Assembly: GCA_004022145.1 (NCBI GenBank)
Contig: RCNU01000001.1
Reading direction: 5' to 3' (one strand)
Source: Paecilomyces variotii
Taxonomy: Eukaryota
DNA length: 64,000 nucleotides
Shown piece after piece: positions 49,165-60,899 of this stretch. The notes beneath the pieces are model-generated. The model searched no databases and had not been told where the DNA came from. It saw nothing but the letters and a program-made list of their open reading frames with translations. A program made the translations under genes and the position numbers. Position 1 is the first letter of the stretch, and each line of letters begins with the position of its first letter.

Positions 49165-50160
49165 CTATTTCGAGGAATTGAATGCGTGCTTTCGACCAAT
49201 GTTGCGCCGTGAACGCTTCCACCAGCATTGCGATTTCTCCGAGAGAGCCTTCTCCCTCTCCCAGTCAGACCACGCTTGCAACCTTCTCTCCTCTCCTACC
49301 AGCCGTATACGGCCACGGCCGCGTCGTGGGAAACGTTCCGGACTCCAGCGTCTCCAGACCACCTCGATGGCCTCGACGATGAGGACCGCTATTGGGACCA
49401 GGATGAAGACACTCAAGACCGTGATCTCAGGTCCAAAGCGCCGCAACAATATTGAGTAATCGAGAGAGACATTGGAAGTGAATGTTGAGACTGCATCATT
49501 CAATTGGTCCCTGGTGATTGTTGGCATGGTGGCCTTGGACACGTTTGCAAGGCCCTTTTTCTTCACGAAGTAACCGTGGGATGGACGCGAGAGTCCGTCG
49601 ACAGTAGCAGTCGGTTGTGAGATGCCTGCCGTTCCCTCATCTCCGCCCTTCTCTGCTTGTTGCAATGCCTCCATCCACAAGGGAACAATGGTGGGTGCAG
49701 ACGGAAGGGGAGGCGGTTTCGCGCGCTCATGCTCCGCACTCAGACGCATGAGTTCTGTAGTCGGCAGCGGGGTCTCTACCGTCAAGCTGGGTTGACGCTG
49801 GTGCTCGTTCTGCGAAATTCTCTTTCCATACAGGAAATAGTCCATCAAGACGTGGACTGCCTCCATGTGCCCTATCCCATGCTCATAGTCTGCAGGATAG
49901 CCTGCCACGAGCTTCTGCCAGGATGATACAAAGCTCTGCACGGTCGCGTAGCCACCACGTCCATCTCTCTTCCCAAGTTTGTCGAGGGTTCGTGCGTTCC
50001 ATAGTCCAGTCAAGGCAGCATGTTGTTGATTCAAAGATGGAGAGATCGAATCGTCCTTTGTAGTATGCCGCGTGTGCACGAACTCACCATGAGAGATCGG
50101 TGCACCTAGCGACAGAGGCAACGAATAGAACAGCAGGCATGAGATAGCGAATGATTTCAT
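49165..50160 (-). CDS. Hypothetical type-I membrane protein (signal peptide, KR site, one C-terminal TM, basic tail)
   Basis: MKSFAISCLLFYSLPLSLGAP leader; LGKR; TM ITVLSVFILVPIAVLIVEAI followed by an Arg-rich tail. Confidence 0.75.
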   Translation of the reverse strand: MKSFAISCLLFYSLPLSLGAPISHGEFVHTRHTTKDDSISPSLNQQHAALTGLWNARTLDKLGKRDGRGGYATVQSFVSSWQKLVAGYPADYEHGIGHMEAVHVLMDYFLYGKRISQNEHQRQPSLTVETPLPTTELMRLSAEHERAKPPPLPSAPTIVPLWMEALQQAEKGGDEGTAGISQPTATVDGLSRPSHGYFVKKKGLANVSKATMPTITRDQLNDAVSTFTSNVSLDYSILLRRFGPEITVLSVFILVPIAVLIVEAIEVVWRRWSPERFPRRGRGRIRLVGEERRLQAWSDWEREKALSEKSQCWWKRSRRNIGRKHAFNSSK

Positions 50161-51305
50161 CTTGGTATGCGCGATGGCGCTAAGGTTACTTTGGTATAAG
50201 ATCACTGACGATAGACTGCAGGTTATGGCGAGGAACTCGAGTATTGCGGCGACACGCTTGGAAGACGAATTGACGCCAACATCCTCTGCAGCATCGGGAA
50301 GGACCGAATGGCGCAAGAAAGAGAAGTGTCAAGAGAGAGAAGCTGCTTCCCAATATAAGATGGAGGGTAGAGGGTTTGGGGACAATATCAGGAACCAAAG
50401 TCTGGGCGTATTACCGTACTCTAGTTAGACTGGTGTCCCTTTCACGAAGCATCTGACAGCCCATGGACGCTGCATCCGGGGCATTGCGTGGAGCACAGGC
50501 ACATCCAGTCCTGCAGCGAGATACCACAAGCCATTGGCCGTCCGGGCACGTTCTGCGTGGAGAGGATCATCTTGGACATTGTGAAGTGCATTTTGGCTCT
50601 GCGGCGGTGGTGGACCGGAGCGTGTCACATCCTCTGGTCGAGACTCGTGGCGGACGAGCGGCCAGAGACTGGTTGAGCGATCCTTGCCAACGGCGGACTT
50701 GGCATCGTCAAGGCTGGTTCTGGGCGGTCTTCACTAGCTTATACCATCATCATCATCATCTTCTTCTTCTTCTTCATCAAAATAACTCTCCAATTCCGGA
50801 GTATCTACCATATCTCATTCTCCTCCCGCGTCGAGAGCGGACCATGTGGGCTTGGCTTTCCGTCCGTCCTGGCCCGTCCTAAACTGGAAAATCAGGAGAA
50901 TCAGGATTTCCTTAGGAGCCTTCTGCGCTGCATAAAGGGGCTAGATGCTTGCAAATGCTCTTCTCAGTTCGATGTCCTAAAGCTAGATGCTAGTGTCCAT
51001 GAGATATATCCGGAAAACAAACAGACACGAAAAAGCAATAGGATATACAGTAGGATTTTACGGACTAGACAAATTTCGCTCGAGTGATTGATTCGACCAG
51101 AAGACGTCCTACATACGCGACAATAATCATATCAACATCAGCATTACTTTCAGATTAAGCAGCCAGCCGCTATCTCATGAACTGGAAAATCAACATGCCT
51201 AAAACGCCACAGATGAATTGCTTAGCCAAGGGAAATCTTTCGACGATTGTCTTCCCCGGGCCCAGAGTCAAGCAGAAACATAAAGATGAGGCTCGCTCAG
51301 CAGCA

Positions 51306-52811
51306 TCAGTGCATGATCCTTGCTGAGGTGCGGTTTGTGCTGCTCGTGCTGTTTGCCACACCCTTCCTCATCGCATCAAGATGGCTCCAGTCATAAGTAT
51401 CCTCACCCAGACTCCACGCCATCACCCCGCCCAGCTTCTTCGCGGCCACGATATCTGAGAATTTCTGAGTGATCAGAGCCGGCGTGTCCCATGTCCAGAA
51501 AAGGTTGACTTCGCTATCCCAGTAGTACTGCCCTCCAGCTACCTTGTCAGTTGTTCCGTTTTCTTGAGCTCGTCGCCAAGAATCCGTGATAGAGATGCCT
51601 TTGCATTCTCCATAATCAGACATGCATCCAGTGTTGCAGAAATCAGAAGTGGTACCGCTGGAGATGATAACCAAGTTAGCAGTAGTCCTATTCACCGCTC
51701 CGGGAATAATTGCTCACCATGAACCATACTGACTGCAACACTGGCCGGAAGGACATTTCGTGCCTTTGTCAAACCCACAAGTCCCGTCCGTAGACGTCTT
51801 CAAACCGGATGGGGGAGGTGCCATATTCGCCTTCTCAAACGTGAGAGCTCCTGATTTCCCATTGTCACTTCCATCTGGGTTCTCGAGCGAAACGACCTTG
51901 CATCCAATTGGGTGCGTCGCGCAGTCGGAGCTCGGATCGGTGGTGAACCACTTAGCATAGTACGCGATACCGAGGTTTATCTTCGCGGGATCCAGTCCGA
52001 TGGCCGTGTAGTTGTTGACGCTCTGTAGAGATCCTTGGATGCTAGTGTGATGCTTGGTAACGTTGTCACGACGATTCATCAGGTCGTAACTCATCACATT
52101 GACAAAGTCCACAGATGGCCAGATCTTTGGACCCGTCTCGTTCGTAAAGGCGATCATATCGCGATGAAGGCCTGGAACAGCGATAGAAATCAATTTGTCC
52201 TTTCCAACCGCTTTGCGTAGAGCTTGCAGGAAGAGCGGATAAGTCTGGATTTCAGAGACTTTGTCGGAGTTAGGAATCTGTTTGTAATCCTGTCCGTTAC
52301 CGCCAGGGTATTCCCAGTCGATGTCTATCGTTTTGTCAGTCTATTTTCTCTTCGACTTTAAAACCTTAATTCTTTCATATGAAGCCATACCAACACCATC
52401 TGCCCCGACGGATTCCAGCATCGCGGCGACATTCTTTGCATAGAGAGTCCTCGACGCATCATCCTTGGCTCCTGCGGAGAAACCAGAGGTATCACCCCAT
52501 CCTCCAATAGCTATCATTATTTTTGTATCCTTGGAGAAACGGCTACGCATCGAGGACACGGACTGAAACGGCGTATACTGTCCCGCTGGATCGCTTGTGA
52601 ACAGGGTCGAGTTGGCAAATCCCATGATTGCATGAGTAATGCCTGTAGTCTGCGAACTATCGGGGAGGTCCGTTACATGGTACCTAAATCATTTATTAGA
52701 CTGGATATCTTGTAAATTTCATGCTGGATTGACTTACTGATCGATATACATGACGAATCTCAGAGCCGTAGCCTGGCCCACTAAGAGGCCCAGTGCCAGA
52801 AATATGAACAT
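51306..52811 (-). CDS. Secreted GH18 chitinase with a CBM18 (hevein) module inserted within the catalytic domain; 4 exons
   Basis: Leader MFIFLALGLLVGQATA; AIGGWG; DGV/DIDWEYPGG; VMSYD; insert STDGTCG..CPSGQCCSQYGS/CGTTSDFCNTGC; then FWTWDT and GGVMAWSLGED. Confidence 0.92.
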
Positions 52812-54715
52812 CTTGGAGTGTGACATATAGTATCAAAATGACCGAAATGAGGATATTTATCGAAAAATGTCTCCAGGACAGTAAGGGAATTTGAGGAACA
52901 GAAGAGAAGCACACACACACGCTCACGATAGCTTTTTAAATGAAGTGTGATGACTCTTTCTGTTCCTCTAAGTGACACTCTTAATTGACTCCCTTAACAA
53001 GTAAACAAAGGCTTTGTGGAAAAGATGAAGTGAAAGACACAAAGACTCGCTTGATAACATATTGGTAGATAAACCCGTGACTTCAATATTTTCGCAAGGC
53101 TGGCTGGATGGCTGGCTGGCGAGGTTATTTTGCTATCGTTAGTCCATTCTCAGGTATCAATTATCCTGTCCCCCTGGGGACATAAGTGGTACTTCGGGAA
53201 CCTTTTTTTTCAACATATCTATGTTGCAGATCTCCCGTGGATCCAGAAAAAAGAGCGGGGAGCTTGAGACATGCGGAAACTTGATACTTCAACTTGGTAA
53301 ACTCCGTCCGGATTGTGACCTTCAGATAAAGGATCTCGGCCAGTCACAGAGAGTCTCCTAATATAAGCAATTCACATCTTTTTATTTGCTATTCTGGACA
53401 TCACTTGAGTGAGTAGAGCCTTTTAATGCTTCATTGATGGCGAAGACTGGAATAAGTTGCGTGTAGGACCACATACCACTTACCATCGCATTCCAATCCA
53501 CGCCCACATTCCAGCCCTACGCGCACCTCCCAGACACCCACTTACCATTATCTCCACTACAAAAATCAATTGCCGGTCAACTTCTATACGATAATAGGAA
53601 CTACGTGGTTCTTTTATTATCTTTTTTATTCATCATGAACTGAATATATTGCCCCTTCTGTATGTTAGTATGGATGCACCTACGCTTAGCATCCCATATT
53701 AGCATCAAGTATATTCAACAGAGTATGTGGATAAGCTTGAGCTAATTATTGCGCGTCAAGACGGCCAAAGTATCTCTCAAAAAAAGCTATTATCTGTGGA
53801 GAAAAGCCTCTTCGAATTGGCCCTTTGTGAGGAAACTTTACATTGGCCACCCTGATCGGGTTCCAGTCAACACAGTTTGAACCGCTTCTCGCACTGACCC
53901 AGGAAGTAATCATATAACATATTCGCTTCTAATTTGAAGGGTGACTCAATATCCGGCATTGTAAACGGATGGAGATATCTTCTATCGCCACCAGCGGAAG
54001 ATTCGGACAATTCAAGTTGAATGCTATTTAGCAGGCGCATATTTCCTAAGTGATATTCGTTTATCGCAAGGTCTTCAATTTAATCACTCAAATTCCTTCA
54101 CAAGCTTCTGCGACTAATGAAGAGCTTTCTTATAGGAGATATACTTTCACAAATAGTCCCCTCTGACAATGTACGGACAAAATATCTCAAAATAGCTTTG
54201 TTCCTGGTAGATAAAGGCAGAATCATTTGTGGCTATTCCCAGACAGAGCACGTAGCTTAGCATAACATGACAAACCATGAACATCGTATGGGGCAGCCCA
54301 AGCGCAGTAGCTCTATATAAGCATTCAGCATATAGACAGGTCGGGTCCCATAAATATCACCAAGGCTAGTCTGATAAAAAGCGCATAGAGAGAAAACAAC
54401 GCGACGGCAAAGGCAAAGCATAACAGCGTCCGAGAGTACCTCGAAAAGGTAGTGTTGAATGTAGTCATCGCTGCTTCGGCATATGCTGAGCCGTTTGGGA
54501 TCCAGTTCAGCTAAGGAGATACTTGAAATCGAGTATTGCTTGAAGGGGCAGCGGCTGATCCTAGAACTTGACCTGATTGACGATGTGACTCAACCGTCGC
54601 GTATGTTCTCTAGATGGATAACTGATAATGTACATAGAAATCCCACAAAGTACTATGTCGACCAGGGGTATAGTAAAGATGAACCAACGCCGGAAGCCTA
54701 TGCATGTGCTCCACA

Positions 54716-56307
54716 TCAATCCCAGTGCCGTCGTAAAATAGGGCGTGCAGGATCCCACGGCCCAGTCACAACGTTTTTATATTTCTGAAGGCTGATAAGC
54801 CACCAGCTGCATCCACCCATAGCAAGGGCAGTCAAAATGCTCCCTAAGATAGATCCGACGATGGCAGCAGTCCAACCGCCACCTCGCAGAGTGACTCCTA
54901 CGCCCCCTCCTGCGGCGATCACCAGTATAAAGGTCAGGAACAGGTGCCCAGTCCATGAGATATGCCGGAGCTGGCGACGGAATACCGGGAAGAGACCGAA
55001 CACCTCTATAGAAAAGAGCGTCAGGCTAAACACGTGAGTTGTGGATGGCAAGCGGGAAGCCAGCACCGTCGATGCCATCAAAGCTGCATTTGTGGAGAGC
55101 GAAGCAGGAAATTTCGTAGCACCCGCACCTTCACCGCTTCCATAATCGAAGGAGAAAATGTTGATAATCATCAACCAGCAGCTCATTGCCCATATCGAAT
55201 CGCTAGCGGTGGACTTCGTGAGAGACTTGAGTATGGGGCTAAGGCCCAGTAGTGCACAGTAGATAAGCATGGCCGATTTGACAGTCGTCAGCCTCTGTCT
55301 GTTTCGTGAGGATATAAGCAATGATTTGCTCATCTCATAGCATACATTTGCGTTAGAACTGGGCCCTCCTTGCGTGCCTGCAGGAAAAGAGGGATAGAGC
55401 GATTGCAACGAGATAGAGGATGCATTGCGGGGGTTCCCATTCAGATCCGCATTGCGTCGGCCAGCATCTGTCACGGAGAGGTTTAAACCAAGGCCATGCA
55501 CTCGTTCTTTGCTACCATTCTCTTGGGAGCCAGCACCAACTGGGTGCAAAGAGCTGGCTGCAGAGCTAGAGCTGGAACCGTCTTCACCGTCTGAACTTCC
55601 TTCGGCAATGTGTGCTAATGTGGCTTCCTCTTGTTCTTTCCAGACCCAATAGTCCCAAAGAAACCATCCTAAAACCGTCCCGACACTGCCCCAACTGACA
55701 ACGGTGACTGGGCTTACCCGTTCCTGGACAATACCCACGAAGCAGCATACAAATATTACTACCGAGCAGACATGCTGGACAATAACTGTGGAATCGGCGA
55801 CAAGAGGCCAGAAGTCATAGGGTCGAAGCCGGGGATTCCGCTGGAGATGATCTAGGAAGGTTTCGGTATCGGTGTAGTTATCAGGGTCTAGTTCGTATAA
55901 GGTCAGTGTGAGAACCTCGAAGATAGATCCAGTCTGAATCGCATACATGACTGCTTGACCCAGAGCAATTTCTTCCATGCTCCCTTCCGACGTCGTCGCC
56001 TGCTGGAGGCCCTTACTGACCTCAGCTCTTTAGCTGCCTCGGCGTTGGGAACCGTTGATGGTGGTCTCAGAGTAGCAGATGTGCCAGAATTAGCAGCGAC
56101 GCCATTAACAGCACGGTAATTTGCGCGGTCGGTGCCAACCCTAGATCTTAATCGGGGAGGAGAATGCGCATAGTATGCATCTTCTGGAGCAAGGCGGTTA
56201 GGATCCGGCAAGGCTCGCTGATGTTTCAGTCCGCCAGCTCTGTTCGGATGAGTCTCGACGGGTACCGGAGGAGGGAGGGGAGGTGATGTACTTGGCAGGG
56301 GAGCCAT
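54716..56307 (-). CDS. GPI2: GPI-GlcNAc transferase subunit GPI2/PIG-C; exons 56307-55947, 55887-54716
   Basis: WKKLLWVKQS/YPDNYTD, LSPILKSLTKSTASDSIWA, SLSTNAA, LASRL, QKYKNVVTGPWD. Confidence 0.95.
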
Positions 56308-57069
56308 TGAACAACCGACCAGTTCATAATCGGAGCATGGCTGACTATTGAATGCTCTGACGCACTGGTTCTCCTGTTGCTGAAGCTCCAAGCGGTTTGG
56401 AATTGTCGCTTCGTTCCCCAGACCACGTGGTCGGTGACTTAGGTACTTAGTCAGCAGCGTCCGACTCTAGGCCAACGGTCACTTGGATCTTGGATAACTA
56501 CAACCTCAAACAACGATAGAAGCGACATCACTTAGCAGCGATTGTCACATTGGAGACTTACTAGATCCTGGTGCATCCAGAAATTACTCGACTCATTCTT
56601 ACTAACAGTAGTTCATAAGCTAACTGTATCAGCTAAAGATATTACTGTCTATTTGACAGCCATGCCTTCTGCACTTCAGACGCAACAGGTGAACATCACT
56701 GATAGACAATCTGGGGCTGTAAGAAGGAACAAAGACAAATGGTGCAGATAGAACAGTTCATCATTTCTGGATGCTCTCCGTCCATCTGGTGCTATAATGT
56801 TAAGCACACACTGACCATGCACTTCAACATTTCCATGACGACAACACATTGGTCCACAGCTTCCAAACCTCGATCCCCTTCTCGAGTCGCAGCTATTTCG
56901 AAATTTAGCATTCGTCATTCTCACAAGCAGTCGTACCCCCCTTGCCATCCAACAACCCAAAGACATCTTAACAAACATCTCGTTTTCACCAAAGTCTGGT
57001 CACGCGATCACTGTTATCCAGCAACAAACATTCGTCCTCAGGAATAGAATATGTCATTTCTGCAGCATG

Positions 57070-58245
57070 TCACCTCACACAAAAGACGCTGATTGTCAGT
57101 TTCTCGGTGCTTCTGTTCGCGAGATCCTTCACGTCTTCGACAAAAATGGTGAACTCTTCATTTGCCCCTTTGAACAGGTAGCGACGCTCAGCCCCGACCG
57201 CGATCGAGCAACTGAGAACGTCAACTTGAACTTTCTTGTCCAGAAGGCGAAAAAACGTTGTGGCTCTCTCGAATAGCTCACACGAGTTTCTGCATGTATG
57301 CAGAGGGAAACATCTTGTGATCTCTGGATTCTGAGCAACCAGTTTCACAATCACTTTTCCGGTCGGAAAGCAGCCCTCGTCTGTTGTCTCGCACGGTTTG
57401 CTACCAGCCTTTTTGACTCCCTTTTTCGTTCTTGTCGACCTCCGCGGCTTTGCTGATGTGTGGTCGGAGTCAAATGCATTGGCAGCGGAGTCACGTACGT
57501 TTCGGTCTCTTTGCAGAACGTGATTGATCTCCTCGGACCCCATCCTCACTGGAAGTGGCGTTGTATTAGCTTCTATGAGATCTTTTGGCAGCGCCGCGGC
57601 GGATGAACTAGCATTCCTGGTAGGTAGTTTTTCTCTAGCGAGTAAAAGTAATTCTCGCAAGGGAGCAGAACCGAAAACGTTTTCGGAGTATCCATCATAG
57701 ACTCTTATGGCACATATCTCGGTGTCGTATGTATTACCATAAAGCCATGCCTTATAAAAACTCATGTTCCTCTGTCTGTGTACAACCGCAACGAATCTGT
57801 CTGCAGAACTTGGTACATGGAGTACCAACATCTTGTAACGAAGCGGACTGGAGAATTCCAATACGCTCATAGATGCTTTCTCTCCGTTTGTGTCGAATAC
57901 TCTCCAATCCTGAGAAACATCACGCACCCTCAGAGCTGCTGGAGGTATATGCTTGGGGTAAGCATCATGCCATTCCTTGATCATGAGAAGAAGATTATCG
58001 GCGAGCCGCAAAGGAATTGGCTGAGCGCCCTGACGGATTGAACCCGAGCATAGTTCCTGTGTCCAGATGATATTCTCGGTGTTTATGTTCTCTGGAGTCG
58101 AGAAGATCTCACTGTCTATAGATGACAGTGAGCTTTCTGAGAACTCATCCTTGACCTTGCTGTCTTGGATATCAGCGTTACGTTTCGCGAAACCGAACAT
58201 CGGAGAGAATGGACTGAGCAGTCCAATCTCGGTTCTTGTTTCCAT
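57070..58245 (-). CDS. Hypothetical 391-aa protein, paralogue of the neighbouring ORF
   Basis: Single long ORF with the same two-domain layout as 58933-60219. Confidence 0.75.
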   Translation of the reverse strand: METRTEIGLLSPFSPMFGFAKRNADIQDSKVKDEFSESSLSSIDSEIFSTPENINTENIIWTQELCSGSIRQGAQPIPLRLADNLLLMIKEWHDAYPKHIPPAALRVRDVSQDWRVFDTNGEKASMSVLEFSSPLRYKMLVLHVPSSADRFVAVVHRQRNMSFYKAWLYGNTYDTEICAIRVYDGYSENVFGSAPLRELLLLAREKLPTRNASSSAAALPKDLIEANTTPLPVRMGSEEINHVLQRDRNVRDSAANAFDSDHTSAKPRRSTRTKKGVKKAGSKPCETTDEGCFPTGKVIVKLVAQNPEITRCFPLHTCRNSCELFERATTFFRLLDKKVQVDVLSCSIAVGAERRYLFKGANEEFTIFVEDVKDLANRSTEKLTISVFCVR

Positions 58246-58932
58246 CTTCGGGATCGATATGACTGGTGTGTCTCTGCGACTAGAAGTTCAAGTGAGTCAC
58301 TAATGGCTTATTATAAGCTGATTGTCCCGCTACTTATCGTCCGATGGCACCGCTTGAGCAACTTTACCTGAACAGTAGATCCTTCCTGCCTCATAGAAAC
58401 GTGGGTCGTTCTTTTCACAGTAGGACCAGTTCAAACCTCGCTGTTCCTCGCGTAGTTCTCCTGGAGACTTCGTCGAGGCGTAAAGTTTTGCTTTCCTCTC
58501 GGGGTTGTGTTGTATGTCTCGAAGATTAAGGTGAGATTAAAGGGAAGAAAGAAAAGATAGTGTTGAGCTTCACTGCTTCTAGTGAATGACATGACCAACA
58601 GATATTCACCAAGAGCTCGGTTTAGGCCGGTTACTTTACTTGAACAGCAAGGAGGCGTTCCAATAGTCCTATAAAGTATCATTTCCTGCAAAGGCCAAAT
58701 TCGAGTATCTAGAAACGAGCATGGGAAACTAACTGTTTCGCGAAACTTGAGCATACGTTATTTACTCCGTACATGGAGTATAATGCAATGTACGTGACAA
58801 TACACACGAGCCTTCTATGGTGTACTGAGAAGATTATACAGCATAGTATGGAAACGTCATTTTATCCCTTCTGCTGATGTTGGGTGAAGATGTAGTAAAG
58901 TGTTTCTTATAATAGAGACTGATAGGTAAAAT

Positions 58933-60219
58933 CTAGCTAGTGCGACCATTACAAACTTCACCATTTGCGGACGAACCATCTTTTCTTTGCAATATGCCCG
59001 TGGTGTCGACATATCTAACCTCAACTGACCAAGTTGGCTGTTCCTTATCTGATTGTATAGCTTTCATGATCATATGGAGTAAAATTTGGAAGTCGCGTTC
59101 ATCGGCATCTAAGACATAATACGTGCACGTATCACTGTCCTTTAACTTGAAGCTTAAGCAACGTACATCTGATACGTTGTCGAAGATGCTAAACACCTGA
59201 CTTGCATCCGCGAAAAGTTCCCTCACTGTGTAGTTTGATGTGTAACAATCTTTAACATAACGTAGTCGCACCCGCTCATTTGCAGATGAGATAAAACTGA
59301 AGTAGAAGTCTTCTGGAATTTGGGGATCAACGACCATGTTTTCCCTATTTTGTACGGGCGGGGAGGATGGGAAGCCCTCTGACATAGCTTTCGAGCTGGG
59401 AGGGCTTGCATCGTGCTTTCGTGGTCGGCTTCTCCTCTTTCTTCGGTGTTGCATGTGGGTCCCTGAATGTGAGATATCGTAGTATTCACTTTCGGATGAG
59501 CTAGGGCTCTCCGCGCGTAGGTTTCTTTTCTTGCTTCCTATTCCACTGTTAGCAGAGTGAGATTTAACATCTTGTGTCCATCGTATACCTCTCGTTGATA
59601 CCTGAGGAGCATTGCTCGTCTTGTCCTTCTCCTTTTCTGCAAGACCAAATGCGGCCGCATGGTGTTCGAATACGAACGGATAGTCCCCAGTTTTGGGGTT
59701 TTGGAATATCCGCACGACAGAAGGCGTATCTTCAAAATTGTTATCACCGTGCCAGATCCCATAGTACACCTTTCCAGGACAACACGCGAGATATTTTACA
59801 GCCGCATCAGGATGCCCTTTCCTTCGCAGTACCCAGAAACCATAACTCACACGGCCCCAGTGCACCTCATAGGGGTTCAGGGTGAAGTTTTCGCCATGCG
59901 GCCCGAAGGCTGCATACATCCTCGTTTCCCTCGCATAGGAGCTCGACGCGATGGGGGGATGTAGGGGACCATGTTTCTGATGCCACAGTTCTAGCTGTAA
60001 CCTCACTTCGCTAGCAAGCGGTGTGTCTCCCTTGTAAATGTTTGCCTTCAGGGTCGGTGCTGGAGATGGTCCATTGGTGCGTAAACTAGAATAAGCTGAC
60101 GTCGTAAGATGGCGCGAGGCCCAACAGTCTACTGCATTCTGTGACGGAGGCTCGTCGTTACACGCAGGCCCTTGGTTGTTTTCATTGCTGTGAGCGCCCA
60201 GAGGCTGGGAGTCTGACAT
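58933..60219 (-). CDS. Hypothetical ~428-aa protein with a basic NLS-like linker, paralogue of the neighbouring ORF
   Basis: Long ORF with first ATG at 60219; HRRKRRSRPRK linker; shares motifs with 57070-58245. Confidence 0.75.
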   Translation of the reverse strand: MSDSQPLGAHSNENNQGPACNDEPPSQNAVDCWASRHLTTSAYSSLRTNGPSPAPTLKANIYKGDTPLASEVRLQLELWHQKHGPLHPPIASSSYARETRMYAAFGPHGENFTLNPYEVHWGRVSYGFWVLRRKGHPDAAVKYLACCPGKVYYGIWHGDNNFEDTPSVVRIFQNPKTGDYPFVFEHHAAAFGLAEKEKDKTSNAPQVSTRGIRWTQDVKSHSANSGIGSKKRNLRAESPSSSESEYYDISHSGTHMQHRRKRRSRPRKHDASPPSSKAMSEGFPSSPPVQNRENMVVDPQIPEDFYFSFISSANERVRLRYVKDCYTSNYTVRELFADASQVFSIFDNVSDVRCLSFKLKDSDTCTYYVLDADERDFQILLHMIMKAIQSDKEQPTWSVEVRYVDTTGILQRKDGSSANGEVCNGRTS

Positions 60220-60899
60220 CGTTCGAATAGATAGTAATCGAGATTTGAGACGAAGATGAGCTTTCACCGGGGTTATTCGGCTCTCCTTATAGCAAATGAA
60301 GATCGATCGGCGGATGCTCGCCTCTCAAGGCTCAGAAGGTTGAGACGAGGTGTATCGAGGACATGGAGAGCATATTGAAGTTCTAGTGAATCAGAGCGGA
60401 ATGGTGAGCTATCTATTATTCATCATGTAGAAGTGAAAGAAACTGCACCTGTAACTGGTATCCGGAGTACAATAATGGACTCGATCCAGGGGCTGGTCGT
60501 CGCGTCGCACGAGCCAGCCACTAAGTATATCCGCATGATACTAGTAGTCCCGCTAATATGTCAAACTACAGTATGAATGAGTAGCGGTCAAAATAAAATA
60601 TAGATATTCCGGGAATTCGCAGATAACTAAAACTGCTAACAACAATGTGAGAGTATTAAAGTAGAAACCAAAGTCTATTTCTTTTGGATTGTAATTCTGT
60701 GATAACGGCAATTTGCTGACCACTATGACCTAGGACTATTTCAGCACTTGTAAATTGATAATCTGTCGCTAGAACATGTTAGACCCCTATCAGGGAACCA
60801 TTTCCCCTTGCCATACACAGTCCCCTATAGATAATAGAGTGTTTCACAAAACCTATCCGAAGAAATAACAATTTCTGGTTTGGGCTGATACAAATACCC

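Noticed and set aside
53000-54700. Possible decayed gene between the chitinase and GPI2
   Set aside because: Only short open stretches with no identifiable family.
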